DNA from: Escherichia coli
Lineage (GTDB): Bacteria > Pseudomonadota > Gammaproteobacteria > Enterobacterales > Enterobacteriaceae
Assembly (NCBI RefSeq): GCF_003334405.1
Contig: NZ_QOWM01000003.1
Length of the DNA stretch: 64,000 nucleotides
Strand: one strand, 5' to 3'
The position numbers were made by a program, and so were the translations under genes. This document shows positions 16,446 through 32,791 of the stretch, piece by piece. The notes under the pieces were generated by a model. That model was not told where the DNA came from. It searched no databases and saw only the letters and a program-made list of their open reading frames with translations. Position 1 is the stretch's first letter; each line of letters opens with the position of its first letter.

Positions 16446-17213
16446 GTGTTTAATTCTGACAACCTGAGACTCGACGGAAAATGCGCCATCATCACAGGTG
16501 CGGGTGCAGGTATTGGTAAAGAAATCGCCATTACATTCGCGACAGCTGGCGCATCTGTGGTGGTCAGTGATATTAACGCCGACGCAGCTAACCATGTTGT
16601 AGACGAAATTCAACAACTGGGTGGTCAGGCATTTGCCTGCCGTTGTGATATTACTTCCGAACAGGAACTCTCTGCACTGGCAGACTTTGCTATCAGTAAG
16701 CTGGGTAAAGTTGATATTCTGGTTAACAACGCCGGTGGCGGTGGACCTAAACCGTTTGATATGCCAATGGCGGATTTTCGCCGTGCTTATGAACTGAATG
16801 TGTTTTCTTTTTTCCATCTGTCACAACTTGTTGCGCCAGAAATGGAAAAAAATGGCGGTGGCGTTATTCTGACCATCACTTCTATGGCGGCAGAAAATAA
16901 AAATATAAACATGACTTCCTATGCATCATCTAAAGCTGCGGCCAGTCATCTGGTCAGAAATATGGCGTTTGACCTGGGTGAAAAAAATATTCGGGTAAAT
17001 GGCATTGCGCCGGGGGCAATATTAACCGATGCCCTGAAATCCGTTATTACACCAGAAATTGAACAAAAAATGTTACAGCACACGCCGATCAGACGTCTGG
17101 GCCAACCGCAAGATATTGCTAACGCAGCGCTGTTCCTTTGCTCGCCTGCTGCGAGCTGGGTAAGCGGACAAATTCTCACCGTCTCCGGTGGTGGGGTACA
17201 GGAGCTCAATTAA
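16446..17213 (+). CDS. hdhA: 7-alpha-hydroxysteroid dehydrogenase (SDR family)
   Basis: 255-aa ORF with GTG start (AGGAGG Shine-Dalgarno at about 16433-16438); TGAGAGIG Rossmann motif and Y-x3-K catalytic pair (YASSKAA); recognised as HdhA. Confidence 0.93.
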   Translation: MFNSDNLRLDGKCAIITGAGAGIGKEIAITFATAGASVVVSDINADAANHVVDEIQQLGGQAFACRCDITSEQELSALADFAISKLGKVDILVNNAGGGGPKPFDMPMADFRRAYELNVFSFFHLSQLVAPEMEKNGGGVILTITSMAAENKNINMTSYASSKAAASHLVRNMAFDLGEKNIRVNGIAPGAILTDALKSVITPEIEQKMLQHTPIRRLGQPQDIANAALFLCSPAASWVSGQILTVSGGGVQELN

Positions 17214-17433
17214 TACACTAACGGACCGGTAAACAACCGTGCGTGTTGTTTACCGGGATAAACTCATCAACGTCTCTGCTAAATAACTGGCAGCCAAATC
17301 ACGGCTATTGGTTAACCAATTTCAGAGTGAAAAGTATACGAATAGAGTGTGCCTTCGCACTATTCAACAGCAATGATAGGCGCTCACCTGACAACGCGGT
17401 AAACTAGTTATTCACGCTAACTATAATGGTTTA

Positions 17434-18024
17434 ATGATGGATAACATGCAGACTGAAGCACAACCGACACGGACCCGGATCCTCAATGCTGCCAGAGAGA
17501 TTTTTTCAGAAAATGGATTTCACAGTGCCTCGATGAAAGCCATCTGTAAATCTTGCGCCATTAGTCCCGGGACGCTCTATCACCATTTCATCTCCAAAGA
17601 AGCCTTGATTCAGGCGATTATCTTACAGGACCAGGAGAGGACGCTGGCCCGTTTCCGGGAACCGATTGAAGGGATTCATTTCGTTGACTATATGGTCGAG
17701 TCCATTGTCTCTCTCACCCATGAAGCCTTTGGACAACGGGCGCTGGTGGTTGAAATTATGGCGGAAGGGATGCGTAACCCACAGGTCGCCGCCATGCTTA
17801 AAAATAAGCATATGACGATCACGGAATTTGTTGCCCAGCGGATGCGTGATGCCCAGCAAAAAGGCGAGATAAGCCCAGACATCAACACGGCAATGACTTC
17901 ACGTTTACTGCTGGATCTGACCTACGGTGTACTGGCCGATATCGAAGCGGAAGACCTGGCGCGTGAAGCGTCGTTTGCTCAGGGATTACGCGCGATGATT
18001 GGCGGTATCTTAACCGCATCCTGA
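17434..18024 (+). CDS. uidR: TetR-family repressor UidR (GusR)
   Basis: 196-aa ORF with TetR-type N-terminal HTH (TRTRILNAAREIFSENGFHSASMKAICKSCAISPGTLYHHF). Confidence 0.93.
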   Translation: MMDNMQTEAQPTRTRILNAAREIFSENGFHSASMKAICKSCAISPGTLYHHFISKEALIQAIILQDQERTLARFREPIEGIHFVDYMVESIVSLTHEAFGQRALVVEIMAEGMRNPQVAAMLKNKHMTITEFVAQRMRDAQQKGEISPDINTAMTSRLLLDLTYGVLADIEAEDLAREASFAQGLRAMIGGILTAS

Positions 18025-18363
18025 TTCTCTCTCTTTTTCGGCGGGCTGGTGATAACTGTGCCCGCGTTTCATATCGTAATTTCTCTGTGCAAAAATTATC
18101 CTTCCCGGCTTCGGAGAATTCCCCCCAAAATATTCACTGTAGCCATATGTCATGAGAGTTTATCGTTCCCAATACGCTCGAACGAACGTTCGGTTGCTTA
18201 TTTTATGGCTTCTGTCAACGCTGTTTTAAAGATTAATGCGATCTATATCACGCTGTGGGTATTGCAGTTTTTGGTTTTTTGATCGCGGTGTCAGTTCTTT
18301 TTATTTCCATTTCTCTTCCATGGGTTTCTCACAGATAACTGTGTGCAACACAGAATTGGTTAA

Positions 18364-21596
<3,233 letters not shown>

Positions 21597-21634
21597 TATT
21601 CAATAAAAATAATCAGAACATCAAAGGTGCAACT

Positions 21635-22900
21635 ATGAGAAAAATAGTGGCCATGGCCGTTATTTGCCTGACGGCTGCCTCTGGCCTTACCTCTGCTTAT
21701 GCGGCGCAACTGGCTGACGATGAAGCGGGACTACGCATCAGACTGAAAAACGAATTGCGCAGGGCGGATAAGCCCAGTGCTGGCGCGGGAAGAGATATTT
21801 ACGCATGGGTACAGGGAGGATTGCTCGATTTCAATAGTGGTTATTATTCCAATATTATTGGCGTTGAAGGCGGGGCGTATTATGTTTATAAATTAGGTGC
21901 TCGTGCTGATATGAGTACCCGGTGGTATCTTGATGGTGATAAAAGTTTTGGCTTTGCCCTGGGGGCAGTAAAAATAAAACCCAGTGAAAATAGCCTGCTT
22001 AAATTAGGTCGCTTCGGGACGGATTATAGTTATGGTAGCTTACCTTATCGTATTCCGTTAATGGCTGGCAGTTCGCAACGTACATTACCGACAGTTTCTG
22101 AAGGAGCATTAGGTTATTGGGCTTTAACACCAAATATTGATCTGTGGGGAATGTGGCGTTCACGAGTATTTTTATGGACTGATTCAACAACCGGTATTCG
22201 TGATGAAGGGGTGTATAACAGCCAGACGGGAAAATACGATAAACATCGCGCACGTTCTTTTTTAGCCGCCAGTTGGCATGATGATACCAGTCGCTATTCT
22301 CTGGGGGCATCGGTACAGAAAGATGTTTCCAATCAGATACAAAGTATTCTCGAGAAAAGCATACCGCTCGACCCGAATTATACGTTGAAAGGGGAGTTGC
22401 TCGGCTTTTACGCGCAGCTCGAAGGTTTAAGTCGTAATACCAGCCAGCCCAATGAAACGGCGTTGGTTAGTGGACAATTGACCTGGAATGCGCCGTGGGG
22501 AAGTGTATTTGGCAGTGGTGGTTATTTGCGCCATGCAATGAATGGTGCCGTGGTGGATACCGACATTGGCTATCCCTTTTCATTAAGTCTTGATCGTAAC
22601 CGTGAAGGAATGCAGTCCTGGCAATTGGGCGTCAACTATCGTTTAACGCCGCAATTTACGCTGACATTTGCACCGATTGTGACTCGCGGCTATGAATCCA
22701 GTAAACGAGATGTGCGGATTGAAGGCACGGGTATCTTAGGTGGTATGAACTATCGGGTCAGCGAAGGGCCGTTACAAGGGATGAATTTCTTTCTTGCTGC
22801 CGATAAAGGGCGGGAAAAGCGCGATGGCAGTACGCTGGGCGATCGCCTGAATTACTGGGATGTGAAAATGAGTATTCAGTATGACTTTATGCTGAAGTAA
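21635..22900 (+). CDS. uidC: Outer-membrane glucuronide channel UidC
   Basis: 421-aa ORF with signal peptide (MRKIVAMAVICLTAASGLTSAYA/AQ) and C-terminal aromatic residue typical of OM beta-barrels. Confidence 0.9.
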   Translation: MRKIVAMAVICLTAASGLTSAYAAQLADDEAGLRIRLKNELRRADKPSAGAGRDIYAWVQGGLLDFNSGYYSNIIGVEGGAYYVYKLGARADMSTRWYLDGDKSFGFALGAVKIKPSENSLLKLGRFGTDYSYGSLPYRIPLMAGSSQRTLPTVSEGALGYWALTPNIDLWGMWRSRVFLWTDSTTGIRDEGVYNSQTGKYDKHRARSFLAASWHDDTSRYSLGASVQKDVSNQIQSILEKSIPLDPNYTLKGELLGFYAQLEGLSRNTSQPNETALVSGQLTWNAPWGSVFGSGGYLRHAMNGAVVDTDIGYPFSLSLDRNREGMQSWQLGVNYRLTPQFTLTFAPIVTRGYESSKRDVRIEGTGILGGMNYRVSEGPLQGMNFFLAADKGREKRDGSTLGDRLNYWDVKMSIQYDFMLK

Positions 22901-22906
22901 AAAATA

Positions 22907-22933
22907 ACGCCGGAGAGAAAAATCTCCGGCGTT
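22907..22933 (+). terminator. Terminator hairpin downstream of uidC
   Basis: cgccggaga-gaaaaa-tctccggcg followed by ttt; begins 7 nt past the uidC stop. Confidence 0.6.
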
Positions 22934-22963
22934 TCAGATTGTTGACAAAGTGCGCGTTTTTTA

Positions 22964-23061
22964 TGCCGGATGCGGCGTAAACGCCTTATCCAGCCTACAA
23001 AAACTCATAAATTCAAAGTGTTGCAGGAAAAGGTAGGCCTGATAAGCGTAGCGCATCAGGC
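22964..23061. repeat. REP pair (BIME-like) in the uidC-ydgA spacer
   Basis: gccggatgcggcgtaaacgccttatccagcctac (22964-22997) and inverted copy taggcctgataagcgtagcgcatcaggca (23033-23061); canonical E. coli REP consensus. Confidence 0.8.
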
Positions 23062-23088
23062 AATCTCTGGTTTGTTTTCAGATGAAAA

Positions 23089-23116
23089 CGCCGGAGTGAA
23101 AATTCTCCGGCGTTTT
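23089..23116. terminator. Bidirectional terminator hairpin; serves ydgA on the - strand
   Basis: cgccggag-tgaaaatt-ctccggcg, with AAAA upstream and TTTT downstream; 10 nt past the ydgA stop. Confidence 0.6.
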
Positions 23117-23125
23117 GGCCGTGAA

Positions 23126-24634
23126 TTACTGCTGCGGAATTGCCGGTACAGCCGGAACGTTAAGAGCTGGCATCGCAAACATGCCAACAAAATCTTCTAA
23201 CGACATTTTCTGCCCATTTAACGTTATCTGACCGTTAGCATATTGCAGGCTGGTGGTGATGGTATTGTCCTGCAAGGTGGTCAGACGGAACATCTGCCCC
23301 ATTGCTGATGCACCTTCAACTTGCTGTTTCGCCAGTTTTTTCGCTTGATCTTCCTGATAACCTTCCAGCTTCGCTACCTGAGTCATAAACTCAGTTGCCA
23401 TATCCACCGGAATGGTCAGTTTCGCATCCAGAGATTTAACCGAACGATCTACTTCCTGCGCCAGCGTTTGCGGCGCTTCTTTAGTCGTTGCCGGATCTTT
23501 CAGGAACAGCGACAGATTCAGGGCACTTTCACCCTGACTGTTTTTCCAGCTTAGCGGCGCGATAGTAATCACCGGATCGCCTTTCAGCATCAGCGGCAGG
23601 GCGCTAAAGAAGGCTTCCGTCACTTTCTCCTGATAAAGTTCGGGGTTGTTGGCAATTTCTGGCTGTGCCAGCAGCGCCTGAGTTTGCGCGTTATATTGCT
23701 GGCTAAACTGATGCCAGGCTTCACCATCAATCTGGCCGACTTTTAAAGTCAGCTTGCCGCTGCCCAGATCCTGATTCTGTACCTTCAGGCTGTTTAGCGA
23801 GTAATCCAGTTGGCTATTGATCGTTTTACCGTCATTGACCAGATCCGATTTACCGCTGATCTCCATGCCTTCCAGCAGTGCCAGTTCTTTGCCTTCCACT
23901 GAAATGGTCATTTTTTCCAGTGACAGTTTTTGATTTCCTACACGCTCACCAAAACTTGCCAGCGTGCTGGAACCGTCGGTTTTCAGATTATTAAAGGTCA
24001 ACTGCACTTTCTGGTTGTATTCGTTAACTGCGTCTATCCGACCACTTTGCGCCTCCCCGGAAAGGGAGATGGCTTTGCCGTCTCTGTCAGCATTTAACTG
24101 GAACTCGCCGCCGCTAAAGGCGACTTTTTCATCCTTTTGCTCGTAATTCAGTGGCTTGAGCGAAATATCGGAACTGGAATCACCGCTGTAACCAATGCGC
24201 GAGTTAATCTCAAAAGGCGTTTCACCTTTTGCCATATCAAACAGTGGTTTGCTTACTTCGTTATTAACCAGCGTGGTTTGAATTGATGCCATCGACGGGA
24301 TCAGGTTCAGTTTTTTAAGCTGGGCAAGCGGGAAGGGACCATGATCAACCGATTCGTTGAAGATGACGCTCTGACCGCTTTTAATCCACGGATTTTCTTT
24401 CCCGGCAATGGGTTTCACCAACAGTTGCAACTGGCTGCTGAATACGCCGCGATGATAGTTTTGATAACTCACTTCCAGGTTGGATTCAGGAGCTGTCAGT
24501 TTGAGTTGCGCGTTCGCCTGCGCGACCATGTCTTCGAGATGGGTTTCAATCTTCTTGCCTGTATACCATGCGCCGCCTGTCCAGACTACGCCTAGCGCAA
24601 CAATGACGCCTACCGCTACCAGCGATTTATTCAT
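23126..24634 (-). CDS. ydgA: DUF945-family periplasmic/membrane-anchored protein YdgA
   Basis: 502-aa ORF with N-terminal signal-anchor (MNKSLVAVGVIVALGVVWTGGAWY); recognised as YdgA. Confidence 0.9.
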   Translation of the reverse strand: MNKSLVAVGVIVALGVVWTGGAWYTGKKIETHLEDMVAQANAQLKLTAPESNLEVSYQNYHRGVFSSQLQLLVKPIAGKENPWIKSGQSVIFNESVDHGPFPLAQLKKLNLIPSMASIQTTLVNNEVSKPLFDMAKGETPFEINSRIGYSGDSSSDISLKPLNYEQKDEKVAFSGGEFQLNADRDGKAISLSGEAQSGRIDAVNEYNQKVQLTFNNLKTDGSSTLASFGERVGNQKLSLEKMTISVEGKELALLEGMEISGKSDLVNDGKTINSQLDYSLNSLKVQNQDLGSGKLTLKVGQIDGEAWHQFSQQYNAQTQALLAQPEIANNPELYQEKVTEAFFSALPLMLKGDPVITIAPLSWKNSQGESALNLSLFLKDPATTKEAPQTLAQEVDRSVKSLDAKLTIPVDMATEFMTQVAKLEGYQEDQAKKLAKQQVEGASAMGQMFRLTTLQDNTITTSLQYANGQITLNGQKMSLEDFVGMFAMPALNVPAVPAIPQQ

Positions 24635-24734
24635 AATGATTATCCATAAAATGAAATCAGGCGGACTGGCCGCCTGAAGGTGTTATAAGCCTTTAATAAG
24701 CTTAGCAAGAGATGTTAATTTTTTCAGTAAGCTC

Positions 24735-25910
24735 TTACAGCTTGTTGTAAACACGCGCTAAACGGCCGTGGCCTTTGACAGTCACCGGTGATTCGTTGGC
24801 GGCAATAAACGCTGATTCACCCGGTTTAAGCTGTAACTGCTGAGAACCTTTCCACAACGTTGCATCGCCTTCGACGCAGAACAAAATGGCGGCACTCTGC
24901 TGGCTAATGGTGGTTTCTTTATCACTAAGGTCATGCAGCGAGAAGGCAAAATCATCCACTGGAATCGGGAAGTCCAGTTCTGCACCTTGTTTCACCGGCT
25001 GGGTCAACAACTGGTTAGCCGGTTTGGCTTCGAATTTCACATTGGCAACCAGTTCCGGAATATCAATGTATTTAGGCGTCAGACCCGCACGCAGCACGTT
25101 ATCGGAGTTTGCCATCACTTCCAGCGCCACGCCTTGCAGGTAAGCGTGCGGTGTTTCAGCGAACAGGAACATCGCTTCGCCAGGGTTCAATTTCACCAGA
25201 TTCAGCAATAGCGGGGAGAACAGACCGCTGTCTTCCGGGTAAAATTCAGAAATTAAACGAATCGTTTGCCACGGTTCACCCTGCTGGCTATCGAGGGCCG
25301 ATTTTAAAATCGCCAGCGCGCGGGATTTTTCTTCACCCTGCATATTCAACAGGCTGGCGAACAGTTCGCTTAAACGTTCGGCATCAGGCTGTTGTAAAAA
25401 GTGAGCAATCGCCGGATGTGCACCTGCGACCGGCTGGAGTAGGGAGACAATCTCGGAAAATTCACGAAACGCGTTCATCGCAAGGAAAGGCGTCAGCGCA
25501 AAAACCAGCTCCGGCTTGTGGTTAGGATCTTTATAGTTACGCTCGGCGGCATCCATCGGGATACCTGCGGCATTTTCTTTGGCAAAACCGATTTCAGAAT
25601 TGTGTTTGTTTGGATGAACCTGAATGGAGAGTGGCTGTGCTGCGCATAATACTTTGAACAGGAAAGGCAGTTCGCCAAAGCGTTTGGCAACGGCCTCTCC
25701 GAGCAGAGTCGATTTATCACTCTCAATCACATCACGCAGTGAAACGATATCTCCGGCGGCATTCTGCACTCGTGAACTGCTTTTCGGATGTGCGCCCATC
25801 CACAGCTCGGCCATCGGCTGGCTGGACGGATTTTCCATACCATAAAGTTCAGTCAACGCCGTTTTGCTGCCCCAGGCATAGTTTTGCACTGAGTTAATGA
25901 GTTTTTGCAT
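24735..25910 (-). CDS. manA: Mannose-6-phosphate isomerase
   Basis: Trimmed to MQKLINSVQNYAWGSKTALTELYGMENPSSQPMAELWMGAHP... (391 aa; complement of cat at 25908-25910); type I PMI. Confidence 0.95.
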   Translation of the reverse strand: MQKLINSVQNYAWGSKTALTELYGMENPSSQPMAELWMGAHPKSSSRVQNAAGDIVSLRDVIESDKSTLLGEAVAKRFGELPFLFKVLCAAQPLSIQVHPNKHNSEIGFAKENAAGIPMDAAERNYKDPNHKPELVFALTPFLAMNAFREFSEIVSLLQPVAGAHPAIAHFLQQPDAERLSELFASLLNMQGEEKSRALAILKSALDSQQGEPWQTIRLISEFYPEDSGLFSPLLLNLVKLNPGEAMFLFAETPHAYLQGVALEVMANSDNVLRAGLTPKYIDIPELVANVKFEAKPANQLLTQPVKQGAELDFPIPVDDFAFSLHDLSDKETTISQQSAAILFCVEGDATLWKGSQQLQLKPGESAFIAANESPVTVKGHGRLARVYNKL

Positions 25911-26108
25911 GATCAATCCCTGTTTTAATGTGGAAATTAATCCCACTATTAAAGCAAGAATCCTACGGGAAGTAACCTGGAGCCGCAAAAAGTCGTACTA
26001 GTCTCAGTTTTTGTTAAAAAAGTGTGTAGGATATTGTTACTCGCTTTTAACAGGGCAACGGAACACCCGCCCAGAGCATAACCAAACCAGGCAGTAAGTG
26101 AGAGAACA

Positions 26109-27755
26109 ATGTCAAACAAACCCTTTCATTATCAGGCTCCTTTTCCACTCAAAAAAGATGATACTGAGTATTACCTGCTAACCAGCGAACACGTTAGCGT
26201 ATCTGAATTTGAAGGGCAGGAGATTTTGAAAGTCGCACTCGAAGCGTTAACTCTGTTGGCGCGCCAGGCGTTTCATGATGCGTCGTTCATGCTGCGTCCG
26301 GCGCACCAACAACAGGTGGCCGACATTCTGCGTGACCCGGAGGCCAGCGAAAATGATAAATATGTGGCGCTGCAATTCCTGCGTAACTCCGACATCGCGG
26401 CGAAAGGCGTTCTGCCAACCTGTCAGGATACCGGCACCGCGATTATTGTTGGTAAAAAAGGGCAGCGTGTATGGACCGGTGGTGGTGATGAAGCGGCGCT
26501 GGCGCGCGGTGTCTATAACACTTATATCGAAGATAATCTGCGCTACTCGCAAAACGCGCCGCTGGATATGTATAAAGAAGTGAATACCGGCACCAATCTG
26601 CCAGCGCAGATCGATCTTTATGCCGTTGATGGCGACGAATACAAATTCCTCTGTATCGCCAAAGGTGGTGGTTCGGCAAACAAGACGTATCTCTATCAGG
26701 AAACCAAAGCGTTACTGACGCCGGGGAAACTGAAAAATTACCTGGTTGAGAAGATGCGCACGCTGGGTACGGCGGCCTGTCCTCCGTATCATATTGCGTT
26801 CGTTATTGGTGGAACTTCTGCAGAAACGAACCTTAAAACGGTGAAACTGGCTTCCGCGAAATACTATGATGAACTGCCAACGGAAGGGAATGAGCACGGT
26901 CAGGCGTTCCGCGATGTGGAACTGGAAAAAGAATTGCTGATCGAAGCGCAAAATCTTGGTCTGGGTGCGCAGTTTGGTGGTAAATACTTCGCTCACGACA
27001 TCCGCGTGATTCGCCTGCCACGTCACGGCGCATCCTGCCCGGTCGGTATGGGCGTCTCCTGCTCTGCTGACCGTAATATCAAAGCGAAGATCAACCGTCA
27101 GGGGATCTGGATCGAAAAACTGGAACATAATCCAGGCAAATATATCCCGGAAGAGCTGCGCAAAGCGGGAGAAGGCGAAGCGGTGCGCGTTGACCTTAAC
27201 CGTCCGATGAAAGAGATCCTCGCACAGTTGTCGCAGTATCCCGTTTCTACACGCTTATCGCTTAACGGCACGATTATCGTCGGTCGTGATATTGCTCACG
27301 CCAAACTGAAAGAGCGGATGGATAACGGTGAAGGGCTGCCGCAGTACATCAAAGATCATCCGATTTACTACGCGGGTCCGGCCAAAACGCCGGAAGGTTA
27401 TGCCTCCGGTTCTCTTGGCCCAACGACCGCCGGACGGATGGATTCTTATGTCGATCAACTGCAAGCGCAGGGCGGAAGTATGATCATGCTGGCGAAAGGC
27501 AACCGCAGCCAGCAGGTGACGGATGCCTGTAAAAAACACGGCGGCTTCTACCTTGGCAGTATCGGTGGTCCGGCCGCTGTATTGGCGCAGGGAAGTATTA
27601 AGAGCCTGGAATGTGTTGAATATCCGGAACTGGGAATGGAAGCCATCTGGAAAATTGAAGTGGAAGATTTCCCGGCGTTTATCCTTGTGGATGATAAAGG
27701 AAATGACTTCTTCCAGCAGATACAACTCACACAATGCACCCGCTGTGTGAAATAA
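26109..27755 (+). CDS. fumA: Fumarate hydratase class I (aerobic, Fe-S dependent)
   Basis: 548-aa ORF recognised as FumA (class I fumarase). Confidence 0.95.
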   Translation: MSNKPFHYQAPFPLKKDDTEYYLLTSEHVSVSEFEGQEILKVALEALTLLARQAFHDASFMLRPAHQQQVADILRDPEASENDKYVALQFLRNSDIAAKGVLPTCQDTGTAIIVGKKGQRVWTGGGDEAALARGVYNTYIEDNLRYSQNAPLDMYKEVNTGTNLPAQIDLYAVDGDEYKFLCIAKGGGSANKTYLYQETKALLTPGKLKNYLVEKMRTLGTAACPPYHIAFVIGGTSAETNLKTVKLASAKYYDELPTEGNEHGQAFRDVELEKELLIEAQNLGLGAQFGGKYFAHDIRVIRLPRHGASCPVGMGVSCSADRNIKAKINRQGIWIEKLEHNPGKYIPEELRKAGEGEAVRVDLNRPMKEILAQLSQYPVSTRLSLNGTIIVGRDIAHAKLKERMDNGEGLPQYIKDHPIYYAGPAKTPEGYASGSLGPTTAGRMDSYVDQLQAQGGSMIMLAKGNRSQQVTDACKKHGGFYLGSIGGPAAVLAQGSIKSLECVEYPELGMEAIWKIEVEDFPAFILVDDKGNDFFQQIQLTQCTRCVK

Positions 27756-27760
27756 ACAGA

Positions 27761-27784
27761 GCCGCCCTTCGGGGCGGTTTTTTT
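27761..27784 (+). terminator. Rho-independent terminator after fumA
   Basis: gccgccc-ttcg-gggcgg stem-loop followed by a T7 tract, 6 nt past the fumA stop. Confidence 0.8.
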
Positions 27785-27897
27785 ACATGGCACGAAAGAC
27801 CAAACATTTGTTATCAAATGGTAAATAATAAGTGAGCTAAAAGTTGCTTAACGAAAGCAAAACAGAAAGAAAAAATTAATCAGGTGAGGAGCAGGTC

Positions 27898-30260
<2,363 letters not shown>

Positions 30261-30302
30261 TTATAGCACAGTCGTGGTGACTTGACCATCGTGCGCGTAG
30301 TG

Positions 30303-31604
30303 TCAGGCAGAGGTAAATTGCGGGATGTTATGCCATAACGGCCAGCTAAACGAGAAGCGGGCACCACCCAGTTCGCTGGTGTCACAATTAACCGTACCGC
30401 CCATTGCCAGTGCTATAGAGTGGACAATTGCCAGCCCCAGCCCGCAGCCGCCGGTTGAGCGATCCCGGCTGGGATCGAGGCGAACAAAAGGTTCAAAGAT
30501 ATGTTCGCGGTTTTCTGGGGCAATCCCTGGGCCATCATCCTCAACAATTAATGTCGCTCTATTCCCCGACAGTAGCAGGCTGGTTTCAACCGTTGAATGG
30601 CAGTACCGCAGGGCGTTATTGAGCAAATTATCCAGCACGCGCTCCATTAAGCGCATATCCAACGCCGCATAATGGCCTTGCACGAGCGTTTTTATCCGTA
30701 CCGTTTTATCGGGCGTTACTGCCTGAATATCTGCCAGATGCGTTGACAGCCACAACGGCAGGTCTGGTTCGCTAAGATGAAGCTCGTTTTGTGGGCGATC
30801 GAGTCGGGCATAAGTCAGCAGCTCTTCAATTAAAGCTTCAAGTTGACTGATATCACGATTCAACGCCTGGGATTCGGCGGCGCTCAGGTTATCGCTCATC
30901 TCCAGTCGATAACGCAGGCGCACTAACGGTGTTCGCAGTTCGTGAGCGATACCGTCAATAAGCTGTTTTTTGCTGGCAATTAAGGCGTTGATATTGTCCG
31001 CCATCTGGTTAAATGCGACGCCAAGTCGTTCAAAGCTCGAACCCTCATCAAAGTGGATACGTTCATTGAGATGCCCATCGCCAAATCGTTGCGCCGCTGC
31101 TTCCAGTTTTAACATATCCTGCCAGTGCGGACGCATCCAGATAAACACCGGAAAGGCGAGGGAAATAGCAATAAAAGCGATCAGGGCGATATCCAGCAAT
31201 CGCATCTGATGGAGATAATAAAGATAAGGAACAGGACCAACTGCCAGCACGTAGTGGCTGCGCGGGATACGCTGCAAAAACGTGTACTGATCGTCCAGGG
31301 CGACAATTTCGCCGCCACGCAGTCGGTGCATGGAAATATCATCAAGATGGTATTTACTCAGTGGCTCGACACGCAGATCGAAAGAGAGATTTAAATCCAT
31401 CTCTTTCAGAGTTTTACCCCAGTCGTGTGGGGGGATCTCACGCAATTCGCTGCGCATCAGATACAGCGAACTGTTCATCAAATCATCCAGCGACTGTTTG
31501 CCCGCGCGTTCGGCGGTAAATTTGTACACCAGCCCAACCAGCAGAGACATCACAAGGAAGCAGACAAACAATAACAGGTAAAACTGGATAAACAGTTTTT
31601 TCAT
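30303..31604 (-). CDS. rstB: Sensor histidine kinase RstB
   Basis: 433-aa ORF with two TM segments, HAMP region, H-box (IAHELRTPL) and ATPase G-boxes (DDGPGI; GGCGLGLAIV). Confidence 0.95.
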   Translation of the reverse strand: MKKLFIQFYLLLFVCFLVMSLLVGLVYKFTAERAGKQSLDDLMNSSLYLMRSELREIPPHDWGKTLKEMDLNLSFDLRVEPLSKYHLDDISMHRLRGGEIVALDDQYTFLQRIPRSHYVLAVGPVPYLYYLHQMRLLDIALIAFIAISLAFPVFIWMRPHWQDMLKLEAAAQRFGDGHLNERIHFDEGSSFERLGVAFNQMADNINALIASKKQLIDGIAHELRTPLVRLRYRLEMSDNLSAAESQALNRDISQLEALIEELLTYARLDRPQNELHLSEPDLPLWLSTHLADIQAVTPDKTVRIKTLVQGHYAALDMRLMERVLDNLLNNALRYCHSTVETSLLLSGNRATLIVEDDGPGIAPENREHIFEPFVRLDPSRDRSTGGCGLGLAIVHSIALAMGGTVNCDTSELGGARFSFSWPLWHNIPQFTSA

Positions 31605-31607
31605 CGC

Positions 31608-32327
31608 TTATTCCCATGCATGAGGCGCAAAAAGATAGCCTTTGTTACGCACAGTTTTAATGCGATAAGGTTCTGCGGCGTTATCGAGCAGTTTTTTTCT
31701 TAACCGCGAAATAGCCACGTCCACGCTACGATCCAGTCCGTCATAACTGACGCCGCGTAAATTTTTCAGCAATGCATCGCGGTCCATGATTTGCCCGGCA
31801 TGGGTAGCTAATTCCCACAATAATTCGAAATCAGCTGTCGAGAGCGAGATTTCAGTGTTAGCCAGGGTGACTACGCGGTTGATGGGATCGATGGTCAACG
31901 TGCCGAAATGCAGGGCTTTGTAGGGAGTCAGAGACGTTTCCTGAAGACCTTTGGTCAGTGTGGCTTGCTCATTCTGACGCAAATGCAAACGTAAACGCGC
32001 TAGCAAAACAGCAGGGGGCGTCGTTTTGAGAATATAGTCGCAGGCACCCATTTCCAGTGCCAGGATGTGGTTCATATCGCTATCGAGAGAGGTTAGAAGA
32101 ACAATCGGTCCAGACCACTTTGCGCGTAAATCACGACAAATGGTCATGCCGTCCTTGCCTGGTAGCATGATGTCGAGTAACACCAAATCCGGATTTTCTC
32201 GCAAAATGGTTTCTTCGGCCTGGTCGCCGCGCGGCTCTACGGTAACCTGCATATCATGTTTTGCCAGGTACGCGGCAATCAGTGAACCGACTTCCGCATC
32301 ATCTTCCACAAATACGATAGTGTTCAT
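31608..32327 (-). CDS. rstA: OmpR-family response regulator RstA
   Basis: Trimmed to MNTIVFVEDDAEVGSLIAAYL... (239 aa; complement of cat at 32325-32327); receiver domain plus winged-helix. Confidence 0.93.
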   Translation of the reverse strand: MNTIVFVEDDAEVGSLIAAYLAKHDMQVTVEPRGDQAEETILRENPDLVLLDIMLPGKDGMTICRDLRAKWSGPIVLLTSLDSDMNHILALEMGACDYILKTTPPAVLLARLRLHLRQNEQATLTKGLQETSLTPYKALHFGTLTIDPINRVVTLANTEISLSTADFELLWELATHAGQIMDRDALLKNLRGVSYDGLDRSVDVAISRLRKKLLDNAAEPYRIKTVRNKGYLFAPHAWE

Positions 32328-32455
32328 AACATTCACGGTAGATATAAAAACGTCACAATACACCGCGCTGTTTTTACTTACTATCAATCGTTTCTAAACA
32401 AGTTTTCATCAGGTATTCTACTGATGACTTGTTATGGAAGTGTTAAGGTAAAAAG

Positions 32456-32791
32456 ATGGGGCTGGTAATCAAAGCCGCGCTCGGTGCGCTGGTAGTGCTG
32501 TTGATTGGTGTTTTAGCAAAAACGAAAAATTATTATATCGCCGGGCTGATTCCACTTTTCCCGACCTTTGCGCTTATCGCGCATTATATTGTTGCCAGCG
32601 AACGCGGCATTGAAGCCTTACGCGCAACCATCATTTTTAGTATGTGGTCGATTATTCCCTATTTTGTTTACCTGGTGTCGCTGTGGTATTTCACCGGAAT
32701 GATGCGCTTGCCCGCCGCTTTTGTTGGTTCTGTTGCGTGTTGGGGGATAAGCGCATGGGTGTTGATTATATGCTGGATAAAGCTGCATTAA
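32456..32791 (+). CDS. ydgC: GlpM-family inner membrane protein YdgC
   Basis: 111-aa hydrophobic ORF recognised as YdgC; 3' end overlaps folM by 4 nt (convergent). Confidence 0.88.
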   Translation: MGLVIKAALGALVVLLIGVLAKTKNYYIAGLIPLFPTFALIAHYIVASERGIEALRATIIFSMWSIIPYFVYLVSLWYFTGMMRLPAAFVGSVACWGISAWVLIICWIKLH

